Assembly: GCF_018977255.1 (NCBI RefSeq)
Contig: NW_024704742.1
Span: 36,582,001 to 36,646,000, forward strand
DNA: 64,000 bases
DNA from: Callorhinchus milii
Lineage: Eukaryota
Direction of reading: 5' to 3'
The notes below the pieces were generated by a model. It was not told the DNA's origin. It ran no database searches and saw only the letters and a program-made list of their open reading frames with translations. Each line of letters opens with the position of its first letter. Position 1 is the first letter of the stretch. Below, piece by piece: positions 37,483 to 50,974 of this stretch. A program made the position numbers and the translations under genes.

Positions 37483-40400
37483 CTAGAAGCACAAATTCAA
37501 CCATGTCATTCTCAAATAAACTAACAATTTGAATTAAGAAATGTGCACAGGATAATGTACTTTACGTGTGGGGTGAGTTTTGCAAATTGATTCAAACAAA
37601 ATATGGGTATGACATGATAGCATCACAATGTTATTGATATAACTCACATACTCACTACTGTTCTTGTGCCCTACTTAAAGCATAAGCCCACCTAAACACA
37701 TCAGTTTGTTTCCCTCCGAACAAGATGAACAAACTGCACTGTTCATATCCTCATCTTTAGACTTTAAAAAAAAATCTGTATCCATCTGTCATCTCACAGC
37801 TTTGGCACTGCTTTTTGGTGTGTTGTGTACCTTGTACTTGCATTGGTCAGCACCAAAAGCATCCTTTATTTTTTTTAAAAAATGAACTCGGTCACCATCT
37901 CAGCATTAAGTGATGTGTTGACCTCTACCGCCACATGTTTCAAAACACTTCAATAAATTAACAAGAGGTTTCACAGGAACATAGGAACAAAGGATTTAGT
38001 CATGACCAAGGCCTCTGTTGCCTTTCTTCTATATATGACATCAAATTACATAATATATTGAGTCAACGAAAATCCAGGTGCCGTCCCATTCTGATACCAA
38101 CCTCACCCAAGTCCTATCGGCATATTTATCAACCTCTTTCTTTGCGAGTTCAAAGGCAAGGTAACTATCCTTGTTCCTTTATCGAGCGCTTAACCTTAAT
38201 CTACCCTAGCTGTCCCACCTGATGTAGTTGCTCCAGAATGAGCCAGTTCTGAAGAACAAATGGGAGTCTGAGGTAGACAATAATAACCGAGAAGGCTCAA
38301 TGTGCCAACCAGATTGTTTGGCAACTTTAATGCCAGGTCACCCAACATTTAATGTGGCAACACTGTAGCCTTGATTAGAGAATGAGCAATTGCTTGAATC
38401 TTGCAAAGGTCTTCACCTCATTTGTTTTTGAATTCCTCATATCCTCTATCCTCTGGCTAGATTCCTAGGGAATTGGGATGGAGCATCTGAAAAAGCAGCC
38501 TTTGGTAATAACCATGGTTGACAAATCATAAAGGGTCCACCGAACATTGGCTGATCTGTTTGCGTCAGTATGTGAATGGTGCACGAGCCAAGAACATGGA
38601 AAATTGTGTTGTATTGAGAAAAAGCCCAATATGATACTTCAAAAGTTGATTACCTGCGTAATCTCTCTCTTGGTAGAGAATTGACAACAAGTGTTGGTGA
38701 ATAATGATCAAAGTGGTCAATTCCTTTCATAGCTCTCTGCATTGTGGATACATATTCTATTCCTCTCCATTGTTCATGTTTATAATGGTTCGCAATATGA
38801 TAGACCCCACTTAGACCTAAACAGAAATCAAAATAATTTCAAGTTTTTGCATTGCCGAGAAGTAAACCAGACAAGCTTTAGAGCAAAATATAATACAGTT
38901 TACATTTATAAACAGTAAAACTCACAACAAAATTTCCACAACAATGTAACAGTCTATAATTATGGCTCATGATATGACTAATCCTTTAACATCCTGTGCT
39001 TGGTGTTCTTGATTCCCTGAGAAATAAAATTTATCAGTTCCCCACTTTCATAGAATCATACAGCACAGAAGGAGACCATTCAGCCCATCGTGTCCATTTG
39101 CAAATTAATCCCACTCCCCCACTCTCTCCCCATAGCCTTGCAAATTTGTCCTCCGCACTTTAATTCACTTTTTTTTAACAAGGAAATTTAAGTGATTATT
39201 ACATATGGGGAAACCGTGTCAGCAAACCATTATTCTTAGGTCAGATACAAGTTGGATGCAAAGTATTAACTCCCTCTGCTCACTCCCAACAACATCTCCA
39301 ATGTTAGAAAAGCACCCATTATTAGCGTAGAATGAATCTCTCCAGTATTAGTGAACCGTACACTTTAGACTATCGTTGCTTTTCCCACCTAGCTGGATTT
39401 TGTTGTTCCATTGCCCCTCAGAACAGGGCTTTAAAATTGCACTTGTCAATTCTGTAAGTAACTTTGCGGATTTCTCTATATTCATGTTAAATATACGTTT
39501 GTTTCAATAAAATATTGTTTACAAATGCTCAGCTTTGAACAACTGACTAAAGTCCATCCATAGCTCAGCTAGAGTAATTTTTTTTAAAAATTGCTAAAAT
39601 TCAACTTAGGCAGATTTAATGAGAAAACAAAGTTTATTCCTGTTAAAGGGAGATATTGCCAATCAGATATAACCATACATAGTCCAGATCATGCACCACC
39701 AAGAAGAATAACATGCATGGTTTGTTGCGTGAAAGATTTGTTTATTAAAGCTTTGTTAATATTGGTTCTGAGTCAGATGTGTGGAAGATGCTAGGAAAAT
39801 ACTGTAAAAAGAATCTTGTTAACCATTCATTATTCAGATACACACATTAGATAGCAAATTAAAACCTGCTGTGAAGATACCTAACTGCTCAGGTTATTCC
39901 CATAAACATGGTATTCATTTGTGTTTAAGTCATTTTTTAAAAAATGCTTTATTTATAACAGCTGAGGCTAACCAGAAAAGAATAGAGCAAGTTTAGGTGC
40001 TTAAAAAGATCTGTACAGTAGAGGGCTTTAGAGGATTAGCTTTTACCAGATCTGCAGTGCACATGTTTAATGACAGCTACAGTATACACTCACTGCAGAT
40101 TCATGGTAATAGTGGAAGAGTTTCTGTAAATAGTTCTAAAAAAATTTAAAATGTCAACTGATCATCCATTTTGTTTTAAAAAAAGACAAATATTACTCAT
40201 GGTCTCAAATAACTTTACTTTCCCCTCTTAGCACAGCAATATTGTCTAGTCTTTTAGCACTGTTCATGGTCAATCACCTTTCTAAGAGTACTCATTGTTT
40301 TTTTATTTGTTGTGCTACCAGTAACAATACATTAATGCACATTTTCCTTCCAATTGTTGTAATTGTATTTTTATATTTCTATTTTTAAGTCTGCATATTT

Positions 40401-43400
40401 ATTGATAATTATTCTTCTGGTACTCAATAAATTAAATTCAGCAATTTCCTGTAAATCTAGAATATGCCATTTAGGATATCAGTGTTTAATGTGTGAGTTT
40501 TTTTCTGGTGTGTATTTACAAATTGGATTTGCCATATCTGTTCACTGATACTAAATCTTAATTTCATGTAGAATTTATTTTGCAAAAGAGTGAAGTCAAC
40601 AGCTCACTAGCAATACATTGATATAAGACTGTAATAAGGAAATATAAGCAAATTAGTTTCATTGTTGCTGGAGTGTGGGGAGTGGAGCAAGAAGTGAAGC
40701 ATGTGGGTCTGATTGGAATATCAAACAAGAAGAAATATTTATTTTTTCTTGCTAACCTTTAGGAATATGGAATACTGTACTAATGCAGAAGTAATGCTCT
40801 GGAGATTAAATAGATAAAGTAAGGTATATTGTACATGATCAGTGCTTTCATATCTTAACTGCTATTGCTATGTTATTGAGGACCAGATTGCAGTTGGAGT
40901 TACATGATGGTTCGTGCTAGGATTCTGAAGTAGGAATATTGATTTGGAAGTAAGTCGCAAAAAAGGGTAAAATTGTTCACAATTGAAGCTCTATCCTAGC
41001 GCATTATTGTCAAGTATACTTGTAATGAACCACAGAATAAATCAGAGGCTCTTCCTGGTTAGTGTAGCTAGTTTAATTCACAAAATTGTCATTTTGCTCA
41101 CAAAATATACAGTCAACTCACTTTACAGTATATTCTGTGAAGTGCTTTGAGATGTCTTGAAGACATGATAAGGCACTAAATCAAATGCATTGTTATTATT
41201 ATTATTATTAACAATATTTCAGTGCCTTTAGACACCCTCCCAATGTGAAAGGCGCTATACAAATGTAATTTTGTTGTCGTTGACATGAAAATCACACTTT
41301 CACAGTTCCTTAGCAGAAGGAGGAATTTCATCTCCAATGCTTTTAAACTTCAACGTTTTAAACCTTGCTATGTGTTTATATATTGGTTCAGAAATTGAAC
41401 TCTTGAAAGGTGCAAGAGCTGTTTTATAAGTAGCTGACATCCTTACAAAAATGAATGCAATATCTTTGAACAGGTTTATGCAACTATATTGGTTTCTTTT
41501 CCTATCACAGCACATTCATTTTTATGGCATCTTACCAATGAAACCTTTCACTGATGCAAGAAGGTCATTCTGTTTCATTTTATCAATCCCAAGTTCTTCA
41601 TTCTCACCAGCTAGAAATAAGGTAGTAAGTGCGCACAGATGGGCTCCTGCTGAGTGACCAATAAATATAATTCTGTCCTGCAACCAAGTCAGAAAGAAAG
41701 AAATGCTACATTAGTCACAGGATTTAAATGATGTGGTATTACACTCCATTCTGCAAATGTGAATATGAAAAAGTAAAACCAAACTGTAATCAGATTTAGT
41801 TTGGATGTGTGTCATTAATTAATAATGGTGCAAAAAATCGTTTTAGCGCTCCATTATTTTCAGAATGTAGACTTGCATAGGATTAAATAACGATCCAGTT
41901 ATGTTAAGGTTCCATTTGTTCACCTTTATAATTCACTGCCACTGGTAGTTTTGTATGATGTCAATCTGCAGGTTATCTGACTGTCACTGTGTGGGATGGT
42001 CTTTTTCATTGCTTTTGTATCAAGAAGGAGATTAATTGCTGCATTTGATTCCAAACACTGTACAGGTCTCTTCATGAACTCACGGGATGACGATTATTGC
42101 CTTTAGAGTGTTTCATGGCACTTACAAAAAGGTGTGTGTGGGTACATTTTCTTTCTCAGATCTATGAATATGTGTAGGATTATAGGCACAATCACATTGT
42201 TACTACAAATTCTTACCTTATCTTTTACCTTACTCTAGTTGACATTTACATTGTCCCAACACAACTTACACACGCCCTTTGAAAAGTGTGTTAGCTCACT
42301 GAAAAACTGCCCATTGAATGTACATCGTATAACCATTGTTTGTAATAATGTTGTGAATTTATTGATAGATAGACATTTTAGACTCCCAAATTTATATGGA
42401 TTTTTAGCCTTTGTTTTGTAGTCAAATAGAAAATGTTCAACAACAACAATCTGCATTTATATAGCACCTTTCACGCGGGGTATAGTTTTGGAGTGTTTAA
42501 AAGTGGCAGAGCTAGAGGCCAAGCTAGGGAAAGAGGAAGGGAGGTGTCCATAGCCATGGTTGAAGAGTATGGTCTTCAGGTGTGGTCTGAAGATGGACGA
42601 GAAGTGGACAAGGGAGAGTGATTGAGATAGTGAGTTCTATAGTCTTGGGGAAAAGTGACTGAAATCATGGCTGTGGATGAGCAGAGGGGACGAGGGACGT
42701 GCAGGAGGCTGGAGCCAGCTGAGCAAAGGGGGCGGGTAGAGGAGTGGGATGTGAACAGGTTGGAGAGATAGAAAGGTGCCAGGACATGGAATGATTTGTA
42801 CAATTTCCCATTGTTCATCCTCTGTGTGACATACCTAAGTATACCTAATTAACCATAGTTATTCAATATAACTAAACATACTTATGTTAAACATTATTTT
42901 AACATGCACCAGGCAACATGAAAGATGTGCTTGTATTTACGCGCACGTTTTGAATGCAGCAAAACACCACACAACTAGAAAAGAACGGCTGATGGTAATC
43001 GGAACAGACTGTGCATCTTCCCCACATCCCCAAATTAACATCGGATGGAACAGCAGGGATTTTAATAGAAATAAAATTCAGCTGTCTTGTTTACAGAATC
43101 TTGCACACCAGGTTAATATTATTTGAATAGAATAATTGGGATGGCTTTGGCTTTCTATGTGAGGAAATGCGACTTGCTACAACAGATTAATTTTATCAAA
43201 ATGCTCCAGTGAGTTCTAATTAGATAAACAGAGTAGAGTGCTGCTATGACAACACTTCCTTACAATTAAATAATCCTGTGATTATACTACTTTAGTTTCT
43301 ACCAGAAGGTTCCTTTGTTTTCTTGAATCCTGTATTTTAACCCATCATGAAGTAGATTGTAATTCCACGGTACAGCCTACACTGTTTCGCAGTGCAGATT

Positions 43401-46400
43401 GGTGCATTGTAACCCTCCCTTTCTCCCAGGAGCACAGCATTCTCGTGCCTCAGCTGCTCTGCTAAGAACACCATTAACGCAGCATTAGGGTAATTCTACC
43501 AATATTTTGGACTCAAACATCTACACATCATCACTTTGGAAGTGGCACAGCAGTGCAACAATTAATTGATTCTATTTTTGATTTTAAAGCCTCTTAACAG
43601 CACAGGCAGTATTGGATTAGATAAGGGAATAATAGCAACCTCAAAATGGCAGCTGAGAAGAAAATGTATGCTTATTCCATCAAACAATGCTGTTTCTTGT
43701 ACAATGTAACTTAGCTCAGGACTCTGACTCAAAATGTTGGGTATGTTTGTGGGATGCTTAACTGTTATGTAAACCTGCACTTCCCCACCCCCCCAAAAAG
43801 CAAAAGAAAAACAAAATGGGATTATATAAAACTTCTAAAACCACAATCTTCCCCTTTAACCAATGAAGACTCATTATTATGCAGCAGATCGGGAAGCTAA
43901 CGTTTCACAAGATTGCTCTGGAAGAGGAAAATGCCCAATCCATACATTTCTTGAGCAACTTTCATATTAGATATTTAAACCAACGGCTTAAAGGAATTTT
44001 GTTTAAAGATACACACCAAATTAACTTTAGATATTTTTCTCTGTCAATCTTGTCATTATCGTGTACAATTTAATTTAAGACTGCTGATAGTTGTGTTTAA
44101 CAATCATGCCTTTATACCACTTTCCAATATATCCCGTGAAGTGCTTTGAGACATCTCGATGACATGATAAGGTGTTATATCAAATGCAAGGATTATTATT
44201 ATGCTTCCTGGAGGAAATGTCACATAGGCACTTCTAAAACCATTAAAAAATATTTTAAGAGTCCCATTTCTTGCTACAGTGCTGGCGTAATACAATGTTT
44301 CAGTCATTCTTACCTTGATATATTTCATTATATTACTTGCCTTATCACAATTATATCTGTTCCCGTTTTCCTTGATCCAGGAGATACTGTCAGTGACATC
44401 TTGCACCATTTCTACCACAGAACCCTAGAACCAGAGCAACGGCAAAACATTACGAATACAAAGTGAAATGTTTATTATCCATTAAACTAATCGTATTGTC
44501 CGCAATGTATTTACAATGAATGAAAAACTAGAGACAGATCGATTTCTTTCCAGCTAGATAAAGTTTTACCATGAACTTAAAGTTATGAATGCTTCAAATT
44601 CTTTGTTTGAGATGTAACTGTACAATTTAAAATAGANTTTTTTTAAATTCTAAAATTCATTGGGAGCCTAAAGCACTCAAAAATAAGCAGCTAAAATGCT
44701 CAAAGGAGATTTTGCCCAGTATAAAATGTAATGCAAAGCAAGATAGAAATAAGAGTGAGTTATCTTCAACTGGATTTGGAGACATTTAAATATGGCAAAG
44801 ATTGAGAAAAAATGGGGAAAGGAGCAAAATAACACAATAACAGTTTATTGAATAAGCCACAAGATCAAAAAAGTAAATAGGTGCATATAGGAAAAGAAAC
44901 AAAAATGCTTCAAAAGGGAACAAAACTGCTCCATTATGGATAATCCTTGCATATATAGTGCCTTATAACGTCTTTAAGGAATCTCAAAGTTCTGCACAGA
45001 ATATACTGTAAAGTGAATTGACTGTATATTTGTGACCGAAAAGCGGCAGCCAATTATGCACAGCAGTGACCCACAAATAGTCGTGGATTGAATGACCAAA
45101 TTAACGCTCTTGCATAAGACAAAAATCTTTCCAGAAGGACTCATTATAAATCTTGTGTAAAGGTCAATCATTGATGCAGATTTCTATCACTTGCAAATTT
45201 CCATTACTTACAAACCAAGGGTTAAATTGCATGCATTATTATTATTATGGTTTTGTCAGTCACCTAACCAGTGTCAAAATATATTGTGTGATTTTGTGTG
45301 ACCAAAACACTGGATTTCTGCTTGCTAGTACGTAACTAGTTTTGTATTGATAATATGTTACATATTGACACAAGCCAGAAACTTTACTTACCTTTGGATA
45401 AATAGAATAATCTGGGCAAATCACCACAGCATTCAATTCAGTGGCTACCTGTAATGCTAGCAGGCAATAAGTAGCCCTTTGTCCAGATCCCCAGGCACCT
45501 CCATAAATGAAAATGATAACTGGAAGATACGTTGAACTTTGGTCAAAACCTTGGTATTTTGGAATAAAGACATCCAATTTGTTACCATGACGCCCAAACG
45601 TTATGCCCTAGAGAGATATACAGCAATGCAATATCACTAAAACTTTATTAAGCCTTTAGGCATAGAAATAATTCATAGGCACAATGACTTAATTGTTCTA
45701 ATAATGGCTGATAACACAATTCTTTTAATTTGTCATTTCTGTTTCCGATTGGTGTATAGGTAATTAAATTTGATACAGAGAAGATTAGTGTGCATCACTC
45801 AGAACAGTACATATTATAGAAAATTTTATTAATGTATTTTTAAAACATTTTATTTATAACGGTGATAACCAGTAAAAAGAAAAATTCTGTCCTTTTAAAT
45901 CATTTAAATTGTCTTGGGAAATACTGTACTCATTTGAATTTCAGTTAAAAACTATAAGTTATATTTGACAGTTCTTTATGCTAATACTTTGTGCAATTTA
46001 CAGTTTAACTGTTTTAATTAATCTCTAGTGCATATAAGGTGTACTTTTTTAATATAACACTAAATTTCTCCCCTCCTCCTATCCTGAAGGAATTTGACTC
46101 CCTTTCCTTCTCCAGTATCTCACCAAAATGGCCATTATTCATGTATAAACCTTGATGATGTATTATTCAACTGTGGGGACTGTCATAATTAAGACTATTC
46201 CTATCTTTACATCTGCATATTCTAGCAGGGTTCTCCACATTGAATCAGCGGTAGGTACCCTAGCCAACTGTCCCCCTCATTATTCCTCCCGAAACCAGGA
46301 GCTTTTAGGCCGAATGTCGAACTTCAAATGCGACCTTAACTGATTTCAGCTCACGCTGTGTCATGAACATAAGGTACTGGGGTCAGAAGTATGAAGAAGT

Positions 46401-48950
46401 GGATGTTTCAAGGATTCATGAAAAACTATTCTTTATAGCTGAGAAGTCTGGTTTATCACTTTGTGAATCAGAGACTCAAAATGTAAATAAACATCATATA
46501 AATAAATCAGTCAAAGTGTCTCAAGATCAAACTTTTAGGATAGAAGGAAGCAAAAATTGTCTGTGAAGTTCTGCTGCCATCTTTTGGGAAAGCAAGTTGA
46601 TTCCCTAGTCATGGGAGGTTTACAGTTTACAGTTACGTAATATCTGAAACGACTTACAATAATTTTGTTTTCCTATTAATCTTTTTTTAAAGGAATATTC
46701 TAAGAGTTAAATGTATCTAGATTATACTATAATTAATTTCTGCTCATTCAATTACATTCTTTATTGAATTGTTCTATCACTAAATAAATGTATTTTCAAG
46801 TGGCCATTAAAGGTCCCATGGCTCTATTTGAAAAGAGAAGGGAGTTTCTCTTGGCCAACAACCCTTCAGAAAAAATGTCATTCAATTGATGCGTACAAAA
46901 TAGCTGCTATGAATACATAGTTAACACACTTGGCAGCAAATGACATGTAAAATATTGGAGAAGTTTTCACCTTATAGGCGTGGAGTCCTGTAGCTCAGTA
47001 GTTAGAGCACTAGCTTTGCAAGCGAGAGACCTGAGTTCAATTCCAGGCAGGGCGAAACCTTGGGCAAGTTTCCCTACTCCACACGCCTAATAATAATCCC
47101 TCCAAAACCAAAAACAATAATAAATTGGTCATTTTCAATCTACGACTGTTTGTGGGACATTGCTGTGCGCAATTGGCTGCCGCGTTCGCCCACAAATATA
47201 CAGTCAATTCACTTTACAGTGTGTTCTGTGAAGCGCTTTGGGACGTCCTCCCAACATGAAAAGCGCTATATCAAATGCAAGGATTATTATTTATTATTAT
47301 ATCAAATAATGATCTTTGTATTTGATATAGTGCTTTATCATGTCTTTGAGACGTCTTAAAGCGCTTCACAGAATTAACTATGAAGTGAATTGACTGTATA
47401 TTTTGTGGGTGAAACGTGGCAGCTGATTGCACACAGCAGTGTCTCACAAACATTCATCGATTGAGTGACCAAATTATTATTACTTTTTTTATTGAAGGGA
47501 TTATTACCCCCGGAAAAGTGATCTGCCAATTGATTAACAACTGGGTTCCGACTTACTGCTTGGTAAACAGAGGTGTTGCTTAAGGAAACTTGCCCAATGT
47601 TTTGCTCTGCCTGGGAATTGAACCCAGGTCCTCTCACTTGTGAAATGAGTACTCTAAATACTAAGCTACATGACTCCACAAATGCGAAGATTATCTATGT
47701 TGTCTTATTTTCAAAAACCTTACAAGAGATTTCAGTCTTCCAAAAGACACTGTAGCAGGAGACTATCCATTAACATGGATAGTCTCCTGCTTTATTAATA
47801 TTAAGGATTCCGATTTAATAACCTGAAAAGGCACAATGCATAAAGAAGCAGTGCTACCTAAACTAGTTCTACTTCTTAGGAGACAAAATACTGCTTCAAT
47901 GGAACTCCTCAAAACAAGGGAAGTTTTGAGAGATATTTCAAATTGAAACACTTTGTATAAGGATTTGAATCTGCAATTGGGGTGTACCCGGGGCTACCCT
48001 TCAGAAATATTAGCTATCCTACCTGGTTGAGATGGCAGTTTAATATGCAGATATCTCCACTGATATTATCTGATTACCTTTCAGAATATACAGCATAGAA
48101 GGATTCGTCCTCAAATCAGTATTTCCTTTTTGCCCAAGACTACTGGCTGATATTAGTAAATCCCCACCCACCCCACCAATCCTGATAAAAATGCAGGGCA
48201 TTGATACAACAGTAAATTGAGATTCCTTCAAACTCAAGTCTTTTAAGAACCCATTACTGCAGACATTGTAACCACTGGGTAGTTAATAAGTAGTAGATAT
48301 GAAAAGTATTTCATAGATATGTTATGTAAAGTACAAAAGCACAACGGTTTTGTACATACAGGACATTTTAAAAACTTTGCTTACCTTATTGGAGTCATTA
48401 AGTGACTTGTAGAGAGAATTACACTGGATGTACAGCTTTGTATATTGTATGTATCGCAACATCCCTAACAAAGCTATAGTGAGGCAGTAGACTCTTCTAA
48501 ACAATGACAAAATGAGAATCCTTTAGACTTTTTTTTACGTTTATTAGAATAATCTTAACTAAACTGTAGAATATAGAATAAACTGTAAAGTAAATTGACT
48601 TTAACGCCTCTAAATGTGCTTTTTTTTAAAAAAACAATAATTCTCTGTATATTTACATTAATTGATAGACTTTACCATGTTCAAAAACATTTGATTGAAA
48701 CTCCTTTTCTATTTTAATTTAACCCATTCAAATTTACAGAGACTTTAAAAAAAATCTATCAGCAAATTATTTCATGATATATAAAAAAATATTATTTTTA
48801 TATTACCGTGGATACATTCCTTCTATGTACTTCCTGTATCCTGGTTTATTTGGCCAGCCATACATCCACTGGATAGTACCAGCAAGACTGTAGAAAATAC
48901 CCATAGACACCATTCCAGCTGTAATCAGTGCTGGATACATAGCTGCCAAC
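37251..48950 (-). CDS. ICME-like (isoprenylcysteine alpha-carbonyl methylesterase-like) alpha/beta-hydrolase, HSL/BD-FAE-type; join(48807-48950,48385-48496,45392-45607,44341-44424,41536-41677,38654-38816,37251-37482)
   Basis: Seven exons with AG acceptors and GT (one GC) donors join in compatible phases. From the ATG at 48940 the frame is 1083 nt = 360 aa + stop. It has an N-terminal hydrophobic segment, the oxyanion motif [11 protein letters not shown], the nucleophile elbow [24 protein letters not shown] (Asp) and EIDH (His). Confidence 0.9.
38654..38816 (-). CDS. ICME-like exon ([26 protein letters not shown]...YSPT...RLR)
   Basis: tttag acceptor, AG|gtaatc donor, phase 1 to 2, open frame. 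Confidence 0.92.
41536..41677 (-). CDS. ICME-like exon with catalytic Ser ([17 protein letters not shown]...VKGFIG)
   Basis: ttgcag acceptor, G|gtaaga donor, GxSxG motif; not captured by the ORF track. Confidence 0.93.
42435..42800 (-). mobile_element. L2 3' fragment
   Basis: (CAA)n tail; [15 protein letters not shown]...[15 protein letters not shown]. Confidence 0.75.
44341..44424 (-). CDS. ICME-like exon ([28 protein letters not shown])
   Basis: ttctag acceptor. Donor is AAG|gcaagt (GC), or the in-frame AAG|gtaaga 27 nt further on (exon end 44314). Confidence 0.85.
45392..45607 (-). CDS. ICME-like exon ([12 protein letters not shown]...YGGAWGSG...CPDYSIYPK)
   Basis: ctctag acceptor, AAG|gtaagt donor, 216 nt, oxyanion-hole motif. 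Confidence 0.93.
46980..47292 (+). mobile_element. tRNA-Ala SINE (short subfamily)
   Basis: Full-length copy. Confidence 0.9.
47305..47680 (-). mobile_element. tRNA-Ala SINE (long subfamily)
   Basis: Full-length antisense copy with the central segment. Confidence 0.85.
48385..48496 (-). CDS. ICME-like exon ([18 protein letters not shown]...NDSNK)
   Basis: tttag acceptor, AAG|gtaagc donor, phase 2 to 0. Confidence 0.88.
48807..48950 (-). CDS. ICME-like exon ([12 protein letters not shown]...[18 protein letters not shown])
   Basis: tttcag acceptor, gtaa donor, open frame; hydrophobic putative membrane anchor. Confidence 0.88.
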
Positions 48951-50040
48951 CTGAAACAGAAATAAAAGTCAAAGTTAAGTATTCGCATTGTCAATCCAAG
49001 CACACTTTAGTTCAAACATGCAAGGAATATGCATCAAGTCAGAGTAAGCCCAATTGAAATTGCTGAATGACTGAAGTTTCAAGAGTGAACTCATCTTTTG
49101 TGATCATGTCTCAAGGAAAATCAATCTGAAGGATTTCTCCATGTTATTATGCAAGGTAGTTAAAAAATAAAACATAGGCTTTCCGTATAATGTGTATATA
49201 ATTTATATTTAAATAACTGATTTGAGGAAAATAATGTGTTCCACACTATTTAATTAGACGCAATATATTGTATGTTCAATAATGGTAACATCTGAATTAT
49301 GGTTGCATGTATAATAAAGTACAAATATTTACATTTCATATACTTATTTAAAGACTAATGTTTTTTGTTTTCTTTTACAGAATAGTTACATGGATATTAT
49401 GTAATGTCCCTTTTGCAAAAAAAAACCTTTGTTTTTTCAGGCAATGTTGCTGTTAAATCTGTTTTATTTTTTGAGGAAACAATTGAAACAGGATAACATC
49501 AACACAGCCAGGTATTGAGTTGTACAATATCTTAATGATCGGTTTTCCAGAATGGAAAAATAGGATTGATTGAGCAACAGTAACATTTATAAAAATTACA
49601 TTTACTGTCAATGTTTTAATATATCCACTAAACTAAGTTGTTAATAAAACTGACTGAAATAATGGCTACTTTTTACCTGAAGCAACACCAATAAAGATTT
49701 TGGAAACATTATTTCTATGTCTGCTTAATTAAAATAGTTACAAATAATAAAATGTTAACAGCCCCTCCCCCTAAATGATCAAGAATGTTTCAAAAAGTGG
49801 TATCCTCAGCCCAACACATAAATGGGAGAGGTGTGTCTTTTTTTTTACTGGTTGTTATAAATGCACTTGTGAGTTATGCAAGTTGGGTAAACATATGTTT
49901 ACTGGAGGAATTACAGGGGCCATTATTGTGAATTCAACAAGCACCAAAAAGGATTCCACCTGATTCTCTAATTCTTTTCTGAGGTATATAATTAAGGGCA
50001 GCCATAATTCCCTTTGCATGCGTATGTTTACCCAACTCAC

Positions 50041-50066
50041 TTAACACACACATCCGTCCACGGCAT
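50041..50066 (-). CDS. Candidate upstream coding exon part of the ICME-like gene (MPWTDVCVK)
   Basis: ATG at 50066 and a strong donor AA|GTGAGT (50040-50035). The phase-2 end joins in frame to the 48950 exon (K-LAAMYP...). The acceptor/5' boundary is weak. Confidence 0.4.
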
Positions 50067-50974
50067 CAAGTACTGTGCTGACATTTACTTTTTATTGTGG
50101 AGGAATTAAAAAAGAATTGATCTTAGTTTTACTAAGCCACAGTATTTCTTTCCACGTTGATTCCTTTCCTGGCTCTTGGTCTACACTGTGTCTCTGGTCT
50201 CAAGAGTTTCTGGAGCAGTGATGTATATCATTCTGCCTATCATTGCATGGCAGGATCAAGCACATTTCAGCAACAATATTTTATGTATTTAAGGTAGATC
50301 GCCATCTTACTCCTTTCCTCTGAAGCTATTGAATTATCTTACAGGACAGGACTCTTATCTTCCGTGACATATTTCAATCTATGTATCCATCAAGTCTAAG
50401 GGACGCAATAATAACATCAACGTGATGCTATATTTTCGCTATTCTTTTCAACCATAGTATGGGGATCATGAACATGGGTTTCCTTCATTCAAATGTCAGA
50501 AAAAAAGGCAAGAACAGACAGAACAACAGATAAAACCCACTAATATAAAAACATGATATAAAATCAATCAAGGTGACTTTAAAAATAATGAAAACTAATG
50601 AAAAAAACGGCGATGTTAACATCTACCACCCTTAATTCCAATGGAACAAGTCTACACAGGCCTTCCAAACAACACCAAATGTCTGCCATCATATCAACCA
50701 CAATACAACATGGAAATTGCACTGCACAAAGAATAATATGGACACATTTGCCCCACAGTATTACAAGTACTACAAATCCAGGTTCAGCTTTAAGCCGATG
50801 TTCTTTCACATCTTGAATATCCTCACGGCTAAACCACACACAAATACCGCCATAGCACAAACATCCCACCTCTCTATATTGCAGTCCATCTGACAGGTCC
50901 GCACCTGTCATCTAAACAGTAAATAAAAAGTAAATAATAAATAAAACGTTATGTATCATAACCCTCAATTGAAT

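Noticed and set aside
44637..44637. Single N base
   Set aside because: Assembly ambiguity in an intron, with no biological meaning.
49677..49720. Alternative upstream ICME-like exon (MFPKSLLVLLQ)
   Set aside because: Its phase-0 donor is out of frame with the 48950 exon.
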